A stretch of DNA of 64,000 bases from the human T2T-CHM13v2.0 reference genome, Homo sapiens. Positions 1-17,904 of the stretch are shown one piece after another. The stretch lies in the NCBI RefSeq assembly GCF_009914755.1, contig NC_060931.1; one strand, given 5' to 3'. The notes beneath the pieces were generated by a model. That model did no database searches. It saw only the letters and a program-made list of their open reading frames with translations, and was not told the origin of the DNA. The translations under genes were made by a program, and so were the position numbers. The number at the start of each line of letters is the position of its first letter. Position 1 is the stretch's first letter.

Positions 1-265
1 GCACATTTATTAAGTTTGCCTTTGTATATGGGCAGAGTTTGCGGCACCCCAGGACAAATTACAATAGTGACATCAAAGGTGACTGATCACAGATCACCAT
101 AACAGATATAATAATAATGAAAACATCAGAAATGTGAGAATTACCAAATTGTGACAGGGACACAAAGTGTCGACAGACTTACCTAAGGAGGGCTACCATG
201 AGCCTTCCATCTGTAAAAAGCGCAGTATCTGCAAAGTGCAATAAAATGGGGCAGGCGTACACCTG
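1..265 (-). mobile_element. Tigger1 DNA transposon 5' end fragment
   Basis: cacagatcaccataacagatataataataatgaaa...gcagtatctgcaaagtgcaataaa matches the reverse complement of the Tigger1 left end. Confidence 0.75.
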
Positions 266-335
266 TGTTTTGGATCCTCATATCTTATGTCAGTTATAAC
301 TTCTCCAGTTCATGACTTGTTGTTTGATATTTTTA

Positions 336-729
<394 letters not shown>

Positions 730-1589
730 TCACGTGTATATATTTTAAGATGGAAGATTTAAGAAATTGTTCCCGTCACTAAAAGGCATTATGTTACTCT
801 TCCATGTTGTCTTCTAATAGTTTTAAGGTTTTGTTTTTCACATTTAAGACCATGTGTTCCTGGAGGTGTGTGGTGGGGAGGCGTGGGGTGTGTATGTGTG
901 CAGGAGACATGAAGGCAGACAAGAGTGTCCCAACCCACTGTTACTCACAGTGTGGTCCACAAGCTTTTTGTTATGGGTCTGCAACGAGACAAGGTTCTTG
1001 AACCAGTATGGAAATCAACATACTCCCTTTTCAGAGAATAGGCCATGCTAAAATTAAAAATTAAAATTATAAAAACTAGACAGCATGCTCTATGAACAGT
1101 CAATTCACATGCTCGTGTAAGTTCTTTATTTTGTCTTAACTGGAAAACAAGCGTTTGCAGAGTGGCACATTCTGTGGCACTATGTGGGCAAAGGATGTGG
1201 GATCTGCACATGGTTTTGGGGTTGGAGGCAGAGGGGCAGTACTAGGAATGCAGCCCACTGGAGAACACAGAGAAAGACAGCATGTCTGGAAAGGAACAGA
1301 AAAAAAAAATATTTTTAAACTCTAAAGTAGAGTCAGAGAAATGTAGGAGACCAGACCATGCAAGGCTTAGAAGCCGCAATGCTGAGGACACTGAGCAAAT
1401 GCAGTGAGAAGCCACTGAAGAAGCTATTTAAAAGCATGGGAATGACAGGATCTGAAAAATGGTTTTCAAAAATACCTCTTGCTGCTGTGTGCAGAACAGG
1501 CTAATGGGGGCAAGAGGAGATGTAGAGAAATCAGTTATGAGGTCACTAGAGTTGAACTTGAGATGACAGCGGCTTAGAGTGGTGTATTT

Positions 1590-1755
1590 AGCACTTTGCT
1601 CCTCAAGAGTGTGGTCAGCGGATCTTTAGCATCACCCGGGAGTGTTTTGGAAATGCAGCATCTCAGGCCCACTCAAGACCCTACGGAGTCAGAAACTGCT
1701 ATTACCATGACCCCCAGGTAATTCATGCACTCATTCAAGTTTCAGAAGCACTAGC
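1590..1755. mobile_element. MER5-type hAT relic
   Basis: gaaatgcagcatctcaggccc...gagtcagaaact...cccaggtaattc motif typical of MER5. Confidence 0.6.
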
Positions 1756-2199
1756 CTGGGATTTACTTTAGGGAAATTCACATGGTGATATCAAGTATGC
1801 AAATGGATAATCCGAGCCTGAGATAAACCTGCAAACGTGAAGAGGAGAAGCCAGGGAGACATGGGAAAACCAGGAACGGGAGGTGACAAGAAAACAGAAA
1901 ATCGGTCGGTACTGGGGAAGGGTCGCTGTGCTGAATGACTCCGAGAGACCAGGCACGTGCAGGCTGGAGAGGCCCTGCTGGCATGCACGTTTCTCGTGGT
2001 GGCAGAAGCCAGGCTGACTAGTGAAGGGCAGATGAGGAAACAGGAGCTCCACGCAGTCAACTTCATGAGCAGTTTCACTGCATGAGGCAGGGAAGGGAGA
2101 TGGTACCTGGAGGGTCTGGGGAAGTCACTTGGTTCTGAGATGAGAGAGAAGAATCACCGAGGAGCTGGTTAAAGACGCAAGTTTCTAAAAAGGCAAAGC

Positions 2200-2927
<728 letters not shown>

Positions 2928-5900
2928 TCATCAGGAAGTAGTGTATGGGTTTTTGTTGTTGTCGTCGTTCTTACTGTTGTTTTGGAACCTATAATTGGAA
3001 CCGAAGGGTGACTCAAATGACATCAAAAGGGCGAGAGCACTGCTGATGGAGTAATGCAAAAGTAATGACAACACCGAAGACGAAAGGACCAGCGAGGAGC
3101 CCATGGGGTTGAGAAGGAAGGAAGGAACGGAACCTGCAGAGAAAGTGGGCTTTGATCCTCCACAAGACACAGGGTACCTGAAAATTACTACCATGGAGGA
3201 CAGACTGAGAGAGTGAGTCCAGAGACCAGGAAACTTTACAGATTTACTTGTGAGAATTGGTGGGAATTCTGGTTAGAGGGCCTCTCTGAATACAGTATTT
3301 GCTACTAAAAAAAAAAAAAAAAACAAGTCCAGAACATCCACTGAAAATAGGGAGTGGTTGAGGGATGGGGCGGAGTACACCAAGAGAGCGGAGAATTCGT
3401 GATGTTTGAATTGCCATATGTCACATCTTTGATTCCTGACTCAAATAAGAGACACCATAGTGTAATAATAGAGAGTGCCGGAGATGAGAGCTTGCAGGCC
3501 TCGGGCCGCATCCCCGCCCACCTGGAGGAGCCATTTCACATTCCTGGGTCTCAGGTCCTTCATCCTCTAACAAGATACGTGGTCCCTGAAAATCACTACC
3601 TGAAAAATGGGTGTTGAGATCTGACTTCCCAAGTGGAAGGAAAATAGGACCCTATGTATATGCTATGAGGTTTTCTCTAACCCTCAAACCATAAGGGGTT
3701 CCCCAGAAAGAGAAAGGGGAGCCCCCAAATGATGAATGGCCATGATACCGGCAGTGGGCAGCTTCAGGTTTAGCTGGAAAAACACCAGCTCATAAAAAGC
3801 ACAGCTCTTCAGCACTGGCAAAATACAATCCCATCCAGAGAGGGATAATGGGGCCAAAGTCTCCAGAACATTCCACAGAAAACAGAACTGGGCGCTGTTC
3901 TATCTCCAACTTGCTCAGTGCCCCCCGGAGAAATCCCTCGTAATTAGTCACCCCTTCCATTTCCTCCTCTAAAGATGGAACACAGATAACAATTAGTGAC
4001 CTCACCCAAACATAAAGAGAACTCATGTGGAACTTCAGAAAACAATGACTGCAACCAAACAATACTGAAATACTAATACTGCAAGGCTTTTAAAAATTCA
4101 ACTATTCTAGCTAAAACATCAGTTTAGGCTTCATGGTGGGGTTTGGGGACTCTATTTCTGTGCATGACTTTCTCATTTGAGGAGCTAAGGATATTAAAAT
4201 GTTGGTTTAATTGAAGGCAAGGTCCAGAGTATTTACCAAAAGATATTCTGTTTTGCTTTGTTTTGCTTTATTCTTTCCTAAATAAAATGCAATCCTCTTT
4301 CACCAACCTAGAAAGCAAGACTGTCAGCACTTTGAGTAACCAAAACAAACTAAACTACTCAATTCACTAACAACAAAGGCAAAAAAATTTCTGTCAGCCA
4401 TCTGTTTCTAAAATAATTTAATTTAAAACACAGTCCTGTAACAACAGGGAAAAGGACACCATCAGCTTCCAGATAATCTTCTGTCTCCTATTACACTCAG
4501 AGCAGGAGTGGCACACGACATCCCATGACTAAGCATGAGCAGGCACCTTCCCTCCCAACAGCAGGAGCCAGCAGCAATGAACATCCACACCGACGTCCAA
4601 GCTGCCAGGAGACACCACTGCCTCCCTGGGGGGTATTAATTCCAACAAACAGTAAACAGCTTATGTGGCAGGCTCAATGCCTTAATTCGGCTCTAAATTA
4701 AGCTTTTATTTTATATCAAGGGATCAGGAGGCTTAAGAGAGAGAGGGGTCACGCCGGCTGGAAGCAGCAGCAAGGACAAAGGCACCATGTCTGGACAAAG
4801 TGGGATGTGTCTGCAGTGGTTGGAGAGAATAATACTAGAAAAGTTGGCCCAAGAGTGTGAGAATGTTGGCAGACAATAGGAAGGAATAGGATATTTTGAG
4901 CAGAGCAGCTTTTTGACCAAAGTTATCCTGCAGAAAAATCAATCTGGCAGAGCGGAAAGAAGCATAAAATAGTGCTCCATCATACACACAGATATGCATG
5001 GTTGATGTGGCAAGGAGTGTGATCAGGACGGTGAAGGGAACAGAAAAGAAGTTCCATGTCAGAGAGACTGCACTAAGGTAAAAAAGATGATCAAATTCAG
5101 CAGCCAGTGGAATGGATGGGGAAGACAGAACAAAAAGTCAAAGGTGATTCTAAGTCACAGTTACAACTGTCCACTAGGCAATTCCACTTGAGTATCCAAC
5201 AGGCTCCTAAAAAAACCCTGACCCTCCCCCATATGCCACTTAATAGCTCGTGCCTGTAAGCCAGGTCCTGCCAGCACTGTGGACCCTCACACATCTTCCT
5301 TCCCACCGCCACCAATTAATTTAGGCCTTACAATGACCCGCTCAGAGCCCTGCCTCGCACAACTTCTGTGAGAGACAGGCTTTCCAGGACACTGAAGTGC
5401 AGGAAGCAGAGATGTTCTGAGTCCATGGACATTGCCTGCTTCTTCGCTCACTCTGGGTTTGGTTTGGGAACCAGGAGAGGCCACAGCATCCACAAACATC
5501 CTTTCAAATGGCTTCTGTTTCCTGGGTGGTGTCTTAAGCCCCATATGCAAAGGGTGGCAGCACTTCCAGCATGACAAGTTCCCACCTTGTCCAAACAGTG
5601 TCACTAGAGAACTAGAGATGTGTGACCCCCCCCACCCCCACACAAACACACCCCCCAAACGCTGGTACTGTGGGCCAAGGGAAGGTATGCTAAGAAACCC
5701 TGTAACTGCCCCGGCCCTGATTAGAGGTGTGTGTTCCTAGCCATGGTAATCAGTCAGGGCTGTGGTCTCTCTCTACGAGCCATAACCCACCCTAAGCTCT
5801 GCAGCCTCCTCTATCCCCTCCAATCCATCTGGAGTTTTCTAACGTGCAGAGCTGATCAATCAATTCTGTATATATGAAGTTCATCTAAAAGGAAAGAAAC

Positions 5901-6882
5901 AATCAAACTATGTCACCCCATTCTCAAAATCCTCCAGTGGCTCTTAAAAGCCTTCAGAAAGCCAAAGCCCTCAGCTGAGATACAAGAGCCTTCAGCTCCC
6001 CGTTCCCGCCTGTGCCATTAGTATTACCCTCCCCTACAACCAGCCCATGCCCCAGCTATTCGACGTGCTCTCTGACCACCATGCCCCTCCTCCTTCCCGT
6101 AACTATCACACCCCAGAACCCCCTTTTCCATCTTCCCCAGAACCCTGCATGTGCTTCTCTCTTGACACTTAGGTTGCATTCTTGATTTACTCATTACTCA
6201 CCTGCCCCACCACCCTACCCCAGACTGTGAGCTACTTGAAGGAAGAGGCTGTGTCTTATCAGTGTGCCTCCCATGTCCAGCCCAAAGACTAACATGTCCA
6301 TTCATTCATTCATGAGTCCAACAAACACCTACCGGTCATGTGAGCTAAGTGCAGGGTGTGAAGTGTTAGCCAAGATAGAAAGGTCCCCTGCTCACAACTT
6401 TATGGCTGAGAAGAGGAGACAGACAATAATGATGAACAGAGAAGACTGGTAAGGAAATAAGCAAGATGCTGTGATGGACAGCAAGGAACCTCAGGAAAGG
6501 ATGAGGAGCCGAGAGAGAGAGACAGGAAGGCTGCTCCAGGCAGAGGGGGTGGCGAGCACAGTGGCCTGAAGCAGGAAGGAGATTCACAGATGTGGAAATG
6601 GCTCATACGAATGGTGCGGGGTCACCAAGAGGAGCCTGTCGTTTGAGACTCACATGGACGGTGAGGAGCCAACTCGGGGTGGATGGAAATGTGACTCTAG
6701 GGTTTGAGAGAGAAATCTGGGCCAATGATAGAGATTGGTGATAATCTGCAGAAAGATGATCATTGGGGTCAAATGACACCATCAAGGAAGGTGGGGGGAG
6801 TTTGACTTCCAAGCCCTCCAGGGATATGTTCACTTACGGGTGCTCTGCCGCAGTCAGGAGGGGCCACCTTTAGGAATCATAC

Positions 6883-7222
6883 TGCTATAGTCTGAATATT
6901 TGTGTCCCCCTAAAATTCATATGTTGAAACCTAACCCGAAGGTGATGGTATTAAGAGGTAGGGCCTTTGGAAGGTGACTAGGTCATGAGGGCCCCACCCT
7001 CATGAACAGGATTAGTGTCCCTCTAAAAAAGGCCAGAGAGAGCTCCTATATGAGGACACACAGAAGGCGCTGTCTATGAGGAACAAGCCCTCACCAGAAA
7101 CCGAGCCTGCTATGATCTCCATCTTGGACTTCTCACTCCAGAACTGTGAGTGATAATTTTCTATTGTCTATAAGTGACCAGTCCAAGGTATTTTGTTATA
7201 GCAGCCCAAATGGACTAAGACA
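6883..7222 (+). mobile_element. MLT1A-type MaLR solo LTR
   Basis: Termini tgctatagtctgaat...ttgttatagcagcccaaatggactaagaca. Confidence 0.8.
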
Positions 7223-7665
7223 CACATCAAATTGAGTTCTGGTTACATATACTTCTGGAATCCAATTCAGTCAAGCACACATATTATTCATTCTCATCCT
7301 TACTTAATTTATTTCCATTCACTGGTAATCTTTCCCAAACCCCCTGTTCTGCCTGCTTATTGGTATGAAGAGCCTACTGATTAGCAATTATCCATAGCAT
7401 TAACTCTCTAAGTGTCTATAATTATAACTTATCTCGGTTTATTTGAGGGTTCTGTGGGACTCCATGATAGGGAATGACATGAAGTTAATGTAAATACTAA
7501 TTTGACAAGAAACTAACCAGATCAAATCTATAGATAACCCAGAAAGCAATTTTCTAAAACTGCAGTCCCTTCCATGTAGAGTTCTATGCCTGTTTTTGCT
7601 ATTACAATAAATTGTTTAAATGCTGCCAAACAACCCAATTTTGGCATTTTAAACTTTTTATTATA

Positions 7666-7922
7666 GGCCAGGCACAGTGGCTCACGCCTATAATCCCAGC
7701 ACTTTGGGAGGCTGAGGCGGGTGCATTACCTGAGGACAAGAGTACAAGACCAGTCTAGCCAATACGGCGAAACCCTGTGTCTACTAAAAACACAAAAATT
7801 AGCCAGGCGTGGTGGCACATGCCTGTAATCCCAGCTACTTGGGAGGCTGAGGCAGGAGAATAGCTTAAACCTGGGAGGCGGAGGTTGCAGTGAGCCGAGT
7901 GAGACTCTGTCTCAAAAAAAAA
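7666..7922 (+). mobile_element. AluS with right-arm internal deletion
   Basis: Alu dimer in which gagccgag is joined directly to tgagactc. Confidence 0.9.
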
Positions 7923-8765
7923 TTAATTAATTAAACTTTTTATTATAAAATTTTCAGACATACACAAAAGTTGAAAGACTGGAACCCATTACTCAGCTTC
8001 AATCCCATAAACTTTTTTTTAAAACACAAATAGAGCAAATCCCAGACATCATTAATTTCTGTAAATACTTCAGCATCTCTGATAAGGACTTTAAAAAATT
8101 ATAACCACAATATAATTATCACACCCAACAAAATTAAAAATAATTCCTAATATCATCTAATTATGCATTTCAAACTTGGTTTTCCTTGGTGGCCTCAAAA
8201 TATTTTTGTATAACAGTACAGTTGCTTTTTTCACACCAGGATCCAAACAAGGTACATACAATGCTTTTGGTTCATGTGTCTCTTAGGTCTCTTTTACTTT
8301 ATAACAGTTTTCTCCTCTTTTTTTCCCCCTTTTTAAATCTCTCCCTATTTACTTGTTAAAGAAAGGTCATTTGTCCCTGTAGACAGTCCACATTCTATAT
8401 TTGGCTGACTATATTCTCATGGTGTCATTTAACGTGTTCTTCCCCCAAATTTCTTATAAACTGGTAGTTAGATCAAGAGGCTTCATTAGATTCAGAATCA
8501 ATGTTTTTGGCAAGAATACTCCCTAGGTGGTCCTCTGTATTTCCACTGTATCACGGCAGGAAGCGCCTGGTTTCTGGCTGTTCTATTCTGAGTGATACTA
8601 AAATTTATCAAGGGCTTAAGAGGTGACAGCCCTTTTCATCCATTACAAGGCTCCTCATCAACTCTTCACATAATGACTAGGCAGTCACTGATGATCACTG
8701 CCTCCATCCATTATTTCACTAAGGAGGTTGGGTTTTTTAAGCCTGCATTAATTAAAGATATTCCA

Positions 8766-8890
8766 GCCGGGCGTGGTGGCTCACGCCTATAATCTCATCA
8801 CTCTGGCAGGCCCAAGCAGGAGGACTGCTTGAAGCCTGTGGTTTGAGACCAGCCTGGGCAACATAGCAAGACCCCATTTCTACAAAAAAA
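8766..8890 (+). mobile_element. FLAM/AluJ left monomer, tail interrupted by an L1
   Basis: Monomer sequence; TSD aaagat(a/g)ttcca at 8754-8765 and 10001-10012. Confidence 0.85.
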
Positions 8891-8891
8891 A

Positions 8892-9971
<1,080 letters not shown>

Positions 9972-11528
9972 TTATTAAAAAAAATTAAAAAATAATTTAA
10001 AAAGATGTTCCAACACTCAAATTATAGAAATAATAATAATTTGGGGTCTGGAACAATAATGTTATTTGTGTTTTGTAAGAACATTTAATAAGTCACCTGA
10101 TTAGGAGTTCAATACAAAGATGCTGATTTCTGTACCATTCTTTAAAAAGATTACACACAAATCATTGACCCTGTGAATATATTAAAGTCCCCCTCCCCTG
10201 CCAAAGTTCACCGTTCCATAAAGATAGTAAAGAATAAGGCAGATCTTGGAAATTATGACACTTAAGAAGGAGGGAAGGAGGAAATAGAAACGTCAGAATA
10301 TCTCAAAGCAGTGCATTTATTACAGCACCTTTCCAAAGAACAGATTAAGAAGTACTAAAATAACCTTAAGACACGATGGTTAAACAGTTTCAAATTCCTC
10401 TTCTTCCTGTACTAGAGTTTCTACAAAACAGCAAAAAATAATCTGAATCCTTTTCTCCCTATCCCTTACTCAGAGAAGTGTTAATAAACAGTAAAATACC
10501 TGTGCGACAGAAGAATCCTCCTCCCTTCAAAAACACAGGCTAGTTAATGCCTTCCGCATAATCACTTACTGACCCTGAGAAACCCTCTATTAATAGCCAA
10601 GCCTCACAGGTACCTACACTTCCCCCTGGGTTAGAGCACTTCCACTCAGGAGAGCAATTAGCGCTCTGCTGAACTGAACTGCCCAGTCTGCTGCAAGAAG
10701 GTAGGGAAGGGAAGCAGGAGACATCAGGGATAACCTTCAGGGACCAGTAAGATGAGGGAGCCTAAACTCTTCCAAAGAGGAAATAAGGAAATCTTAAAAA
10801 ACGTTGCAATGAATGCCACTGAATTGTATGCTTAAAAGTGACTCAAATGTTAAATTTTATGTTATGTATATTTTACCACATTACAAGTCACAATGCTCAA
10901 TTTTTATAAGCTCATGTGGCCAATAGCCACCCTCTCCCAGGTGCTATGATCCATTATCCTTCTCACGTCATTGGTGAAAAACCCGAGGCTCCAAAAGATT
11001 AAGTAACTTGTTCAAGTCCCACAACTAGCAGGTGGTGGACCCAGTATTTGAACCCGGATCTATCCGCTGCCAAAACCCCTTGCTCTGGGCACAGCACCAC
11101 ACTGTCTCTCTGAAAGAAATTTCCAGATTATCATTCTTGAGCAGCTCTGTACAAAAATTTTCATAATTGAAGGCAAACGAGAATTCTAAGTATTAAAAAC
11201 CACTTCCCAATTTGAAAACTCTGCTCACTGCATTTCAACACAGGCCTATCAACTTCAGGAGGTTTAAACAACATGTAAAAGAGCAATACGGTGAAAATAA
11301 TATCTCGGATGCTGAAGCCAGAGAGGCATGAGGCTAGCTCCTGCAATCAGCTCTGCACCATGACCGCATGGGGATGCTGCCACAGAAAGACCTGGATCCG
11401 GTGGCTGAGGCCCACAGGGAGACCCAAAGAGGAGAGGTAACAGAAGTTGGGAACTGTCCCAGGCACCAGCCTTCTCAAGCACTGCACTGGTGATACATGC
11501 GCTCCCTTACCCGCAAAAGTAAGTTGGA

Positions 11529-12003
<475 letters not shown>

Positions 12004-12468
12004 CTAGACCCACATGAGAGAAGGAGGGAAATAATCACAGATCTTCTTGTTTGTGACAACAGTGGCAACAATGACTCCAGAGTGTTTGCTTTGTGCCCAG
12101 ATGCGTCACGAGTCCCCCTCGAGTCCCACAAAGGCCGATGGTGAAGGCGCCGTTCTCATCTCCATTTTACAGCAGGGCAGGCAGCACAGAGAGGTCTGGT
12201 TTGCCCAAATCCCTGCCAGAGAATCTGGACTAGAGCCCTGGGCTGTCTGCCCCCAGCGCCGGCAGTCTCAGTCACAGCACACGAAACTCATGCCTGTGGA
12301 AGAAAACACCACCCAAATGAATAACTTTTCACAAATTATTTATTTCCCTTATTCTTTTTATAATTGACAAAATAAGCTGTATATGTTTATTGTGTACAAC
12401 ATAATGTTTTGAAATATATATACATTGTGGCATGGCTAAATCAAGCTAATTAACAAATGCATTACCTC

Positions 12469-12967
<499 letters not shown>

Positions 12968-13169
12968 TCTCTTAGCATTTTTTTTTTTGTCTATGGCCCC
13001 ATTTTTTAAGATTACCATATACTGTTATTAACTGGTAACTATCATCACTACATTGTACAATGGATCTCTTGAACTTACTGCTCCTAAGTGAAATTTTACA
13101 TCCTTTGACCAACATCTCTCCAGCCACCCCAGCCCCCACACTACCCCAGCATCTGAATAACTTTTCACT

Positions 13170-13935
13170 CAAAAGCCACATAATTGCCAAGAAGTACATC
13201 GAAGGATGCTTAATATCATTTGTCATCAAGGAAATGCAAATCAAAAGCACAATAAAATACCAATTCATACCCATAGGATGGCTATATTTTTTAAAGTGAA
13301 AAATTAGTGTTGGTGAAAATATAGAGAAATTGGAACCCTTATACACAGCTGGTGCTTCCACTGTGGAAAAGAGTTTGGCGGGGATCTGGTCTCTCAACAA
13401 GTTAAACATAGAATTATCACACAACCCACTAATTCCACTCCTAGCTATGTCCCCAGAAAAACACTGGAAGCAGGCGTTCAAACCAAAACTTCTGCTTGAA
13501 CGCAGCATTATTCACAAAAGCCAACAGATGATATCAACCCAAATGTCCACCAACTAATGAATGGAAAAAAAAAAAGGTGATATATCCATAAAATGCAATA
13601 CTATTCAACCACAGAAAGGAATGGAAGACCACTGCATAGTTCAACACAGATGAACCTTGAAAACATTATGCTAACTGAAAGCAGCCAGACACACAAACAC
13701 ATACTGTATGACTCCATTTACATGAAATATCCAGAAAAGGCAAACCCACAGAGGCAGAATGCAGTTAGTGGCTGCCAGGGGCGAGGAGGGTGCAATGGAC
13801 CCCTGTCCACTGCCCACTGTCCAGCCAGTCCTGTGGCTGCACACTACTGTGGATGTACTTACTGTCACTGAATTGAACACTTTGAAAGGGCTAAAATTGT
13901 AAATTTTATGTTATGCATGTTTTACCAAAAAATAA
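13170..13935 (+). mobile_element. Old L1M ORF2 end/3' UTR fragment
   Basis: gaaatgcaaatcaaaagcac...aattccactcctag...aaattttatgttatgc. Confidence 0.75.
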
Positions 13936-14679
13936 CTTAAGGGGTCAAATACAAAAACCTCCTAGGTCCAGTTAAATACCCTTATCCCAGTTTAACTGGG
14001 GAAGCTGTTATTTTTCTAAAGTTCACTTATTTTCTACCAGTATAGTGTCTCTCACAGAGGAGTCCTGCTCTCAGAATCACCCAGGGATCTTTTTAAAAAA
14101 TGGATCTCCAGGCCTTTCCCTAGACTCTCTGAGGGGGTGAGGCCCAGGAACGCATATTGTAACACTCACCCCAGGTGCCTTAGCGCCAGCCACTGTCTAA
14201 GACATCTCATCCCGTCCTTCCAGGCAGTTCTCAGAGCTTCTTGAAAGGAGGGTGTTAATCACCTCCTTATTGATGCTCCAATCCAGGCATGCTGACAGCT
14301 GTTGTCTAAGTACTACCTCTGGGTTGTTAGCATCTGCTGTGTTCAGCTCTCAGCTGCACTTTGCAAACCAAGCCCCTCACCTGGCAGAAGGTGACCTTGA
14401 CCCCACTAAGTACTTTGCAGCTCTATACCACTTCTGGTCCACACAGGTGATTATTCGCTTTTGAGTTGAGACTTTTTGGCTCTCTGCACTCATATTTCAT
14501 CTATCAATTTTATGTATTTAAAGCATGAAGTTACTTGTGCCATCCTGCCCAAGACTGTGACTTCTGACCACCTGTACTTTAAAACCAGAACGCTAACACT
14601 TTTTTTATAGGCATATTAAAATCATCCTTTAACACAGACCACTTTAAAAGTAGATTATAAAAGATTGGTTTCTTTTCAC

Positions 14680-14832
14680 GGCTCGGCATAGTGGCTCACG
14701 CCTGTAATCCTAGTAGTTTGGAGGCTGAGACAGGAGGATGGCTTGAGCCCAGGAGTTCAAGGCTGCAATGTGCCATGATTGTGCCACTGCACTCCAGCCT
14801 GAGTAACAGGATGAGAACCCCTATCAACAAAA
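14680..14832 (+). mobile_element. FAM/FRAM-like Alu monomer
   Basis: Single monomer running from gcctgtaatcc to ccactgcactccagcc. Confidence 0.8.
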
Positions 14833-15397
14833 TAGAATGTCCACAATTGAGGCCAACAGGAAGCTTGAAAAGCAGTATGTTCAAGAGGGTTCTCTCAACT
14901 AAGCTTACAAGTTCCCCTTCCCCTTCTCTCCTCCCCTCCCTCTTTCCCCACCCCTAAGCTCTCTCCACCCTTTGCCTGCCTCTCCCCAGTCCCACGTTCT
15001 TACTGCCTCTCATCTGCTCCCTTTTCTCCTTAACTGGTTTAACATATCATAATAATATGAAGTCGCATAATATATTATGTTCGTTGTTACATTTACTGAG
15101 TGAGGCTTGTTATTCTCTGCTTTTAAACACTGGTTATAGTTTTCTCTTTAAAACATTGTTTTCTGCTTGTATGTAAGCCTTAGTTGATTTCTGCAGAGGA
15201 ACCAGTGGCCTTTAAGAGAAAAAGACTCTTGATTACTGACCCTATTTAGATAAGAAACACAGGGCATCTTCAGTGAAAATTTAAACCACTCTACTGTCGT
15301 GGTACAATTACTCTTTCTTTCGCTTGGCTATGGGGAGAGGAGGAAAAGTCTCACAAACTAAAGATATTCTAAAACAGAATTTTTTTTTAAAAGGCCT

Positions 15398-15660
15398 GGC
15401 CGGGCACGGTGGCTCACGCCTGTAATCCCAGCACTTTGGGAGGCTGAGGCGGGCAGATCACTTGAGCCCAGGAGTTCAAGACCAGCCTGAGCAACATGAA
15501 GAACCCCGTCTCTACCAAAAATACAAAAATTAGCCTGGTGAGGTGGTGTGCGCCTGTAGTCTCAGCTACTCAGGAAGCTGAGGTGGGAGGATCACTTGAA
15601 CTCTGGAGGCAGAAGTTGCAGTGAGCCGAGATCACGCCACTGGACTCCAGCCTGAGCAAT
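15398..15660 (+). mobile_element. Alu (J/S), 3'-truncated, followed by a MER20-like fragment
   Basis: Dimer ends at ccagcctgagcaa with no tail. Confidence 0.9.
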
Positions 15661-16582
15661 GGAGGCATCTAGAGACCCCCAGTTTTTTGGAATCCCTGAC
15701 TCCACCCCGTCTGTAATGCCTTTCCCCAAACTATGATGACAACAACAAATGCTCGCAGGCATTGCCCAGCGCCTCTGCAGGTGAGACTGCCCAACTGAGA
15801 ACCCTCTGAGACTCACTGCAGCTTTACTGCATGGCCCAGGGAGAGAGGCTGATGGGAGCAGGTAAACAACCCCTGGTCTCCCAGCAGCCCCCACTGCCAA
15901 CGGGTGCAGAAAAACCACAGTAGAGCATTCACTGGGATTTTATCTACTTCCACGTTCTCACCAAGCAGGATAATAAGTAAAATCTAGCTCCCTTCCATTT
16001 TAAGTCCATTAGTATAGAACCACTGTTCATCCAGTTGAGCAGCTGAGTTTCTTGGGTAATCTGCAGTCCCATGTTGACCAGCTGACCCAAGATGAAACGT
16101 TAATAAAATAAAATATGATGGAAAACAAGTTAACTTACTAGCATCCATGATGGCTTCTACGTACTGAATGCCTACTATATGCCAAATTCTGGGAGAAGCA
16201 CCTTCCGTCAGTACATCACTTAATTTCCCCAACCACCCCTTTACAAATGAGGAAACTGAAGCTACAGAGGCTGAAAAACCCGAAAACGCTGAATGTTAGT
16301 AACATGTGGAGCTGGGGTTTGTATGCACCTGACCTCACCAAGCAGCCAGCCCAGGGGGTAGTCTCACACTGCCTGGGTCCACACTCCATTAATAAAAAAA
16401 TTCCCAAGCACACCTCCACTATATACTTTGTTTTGAAATTATACACACAGACTCCTGTTTTGATATGAAGAATCTTACAAAACATATACAATACCAAGTT
16501 TTAAAAGAATGAAGAAAACGTGCAATAACTAACCTCATAATTACACTTGCTAACATCTGAAGGCAAAACCAAACTTTTCTGA

Positions 16583-17474
<892 letters not shown>

Positions 17475-17576
17475 TACTGTCACTGTTTTTATGGGGTAAT
17501 GAGGTTGACCTCTCCCTACAGCCAAGCAAAAGAGTCATTGTTCCATGACAGTGCAGTGGTTTATGGGGTTTATACT

Positions 17577-17904
<328 letters not shown>

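Noticed and set aside
3307-3323. Isolated A17 tract as a possible retrocopy tail
   Set aside because: No canonical poly(A) signal and no TSD found.
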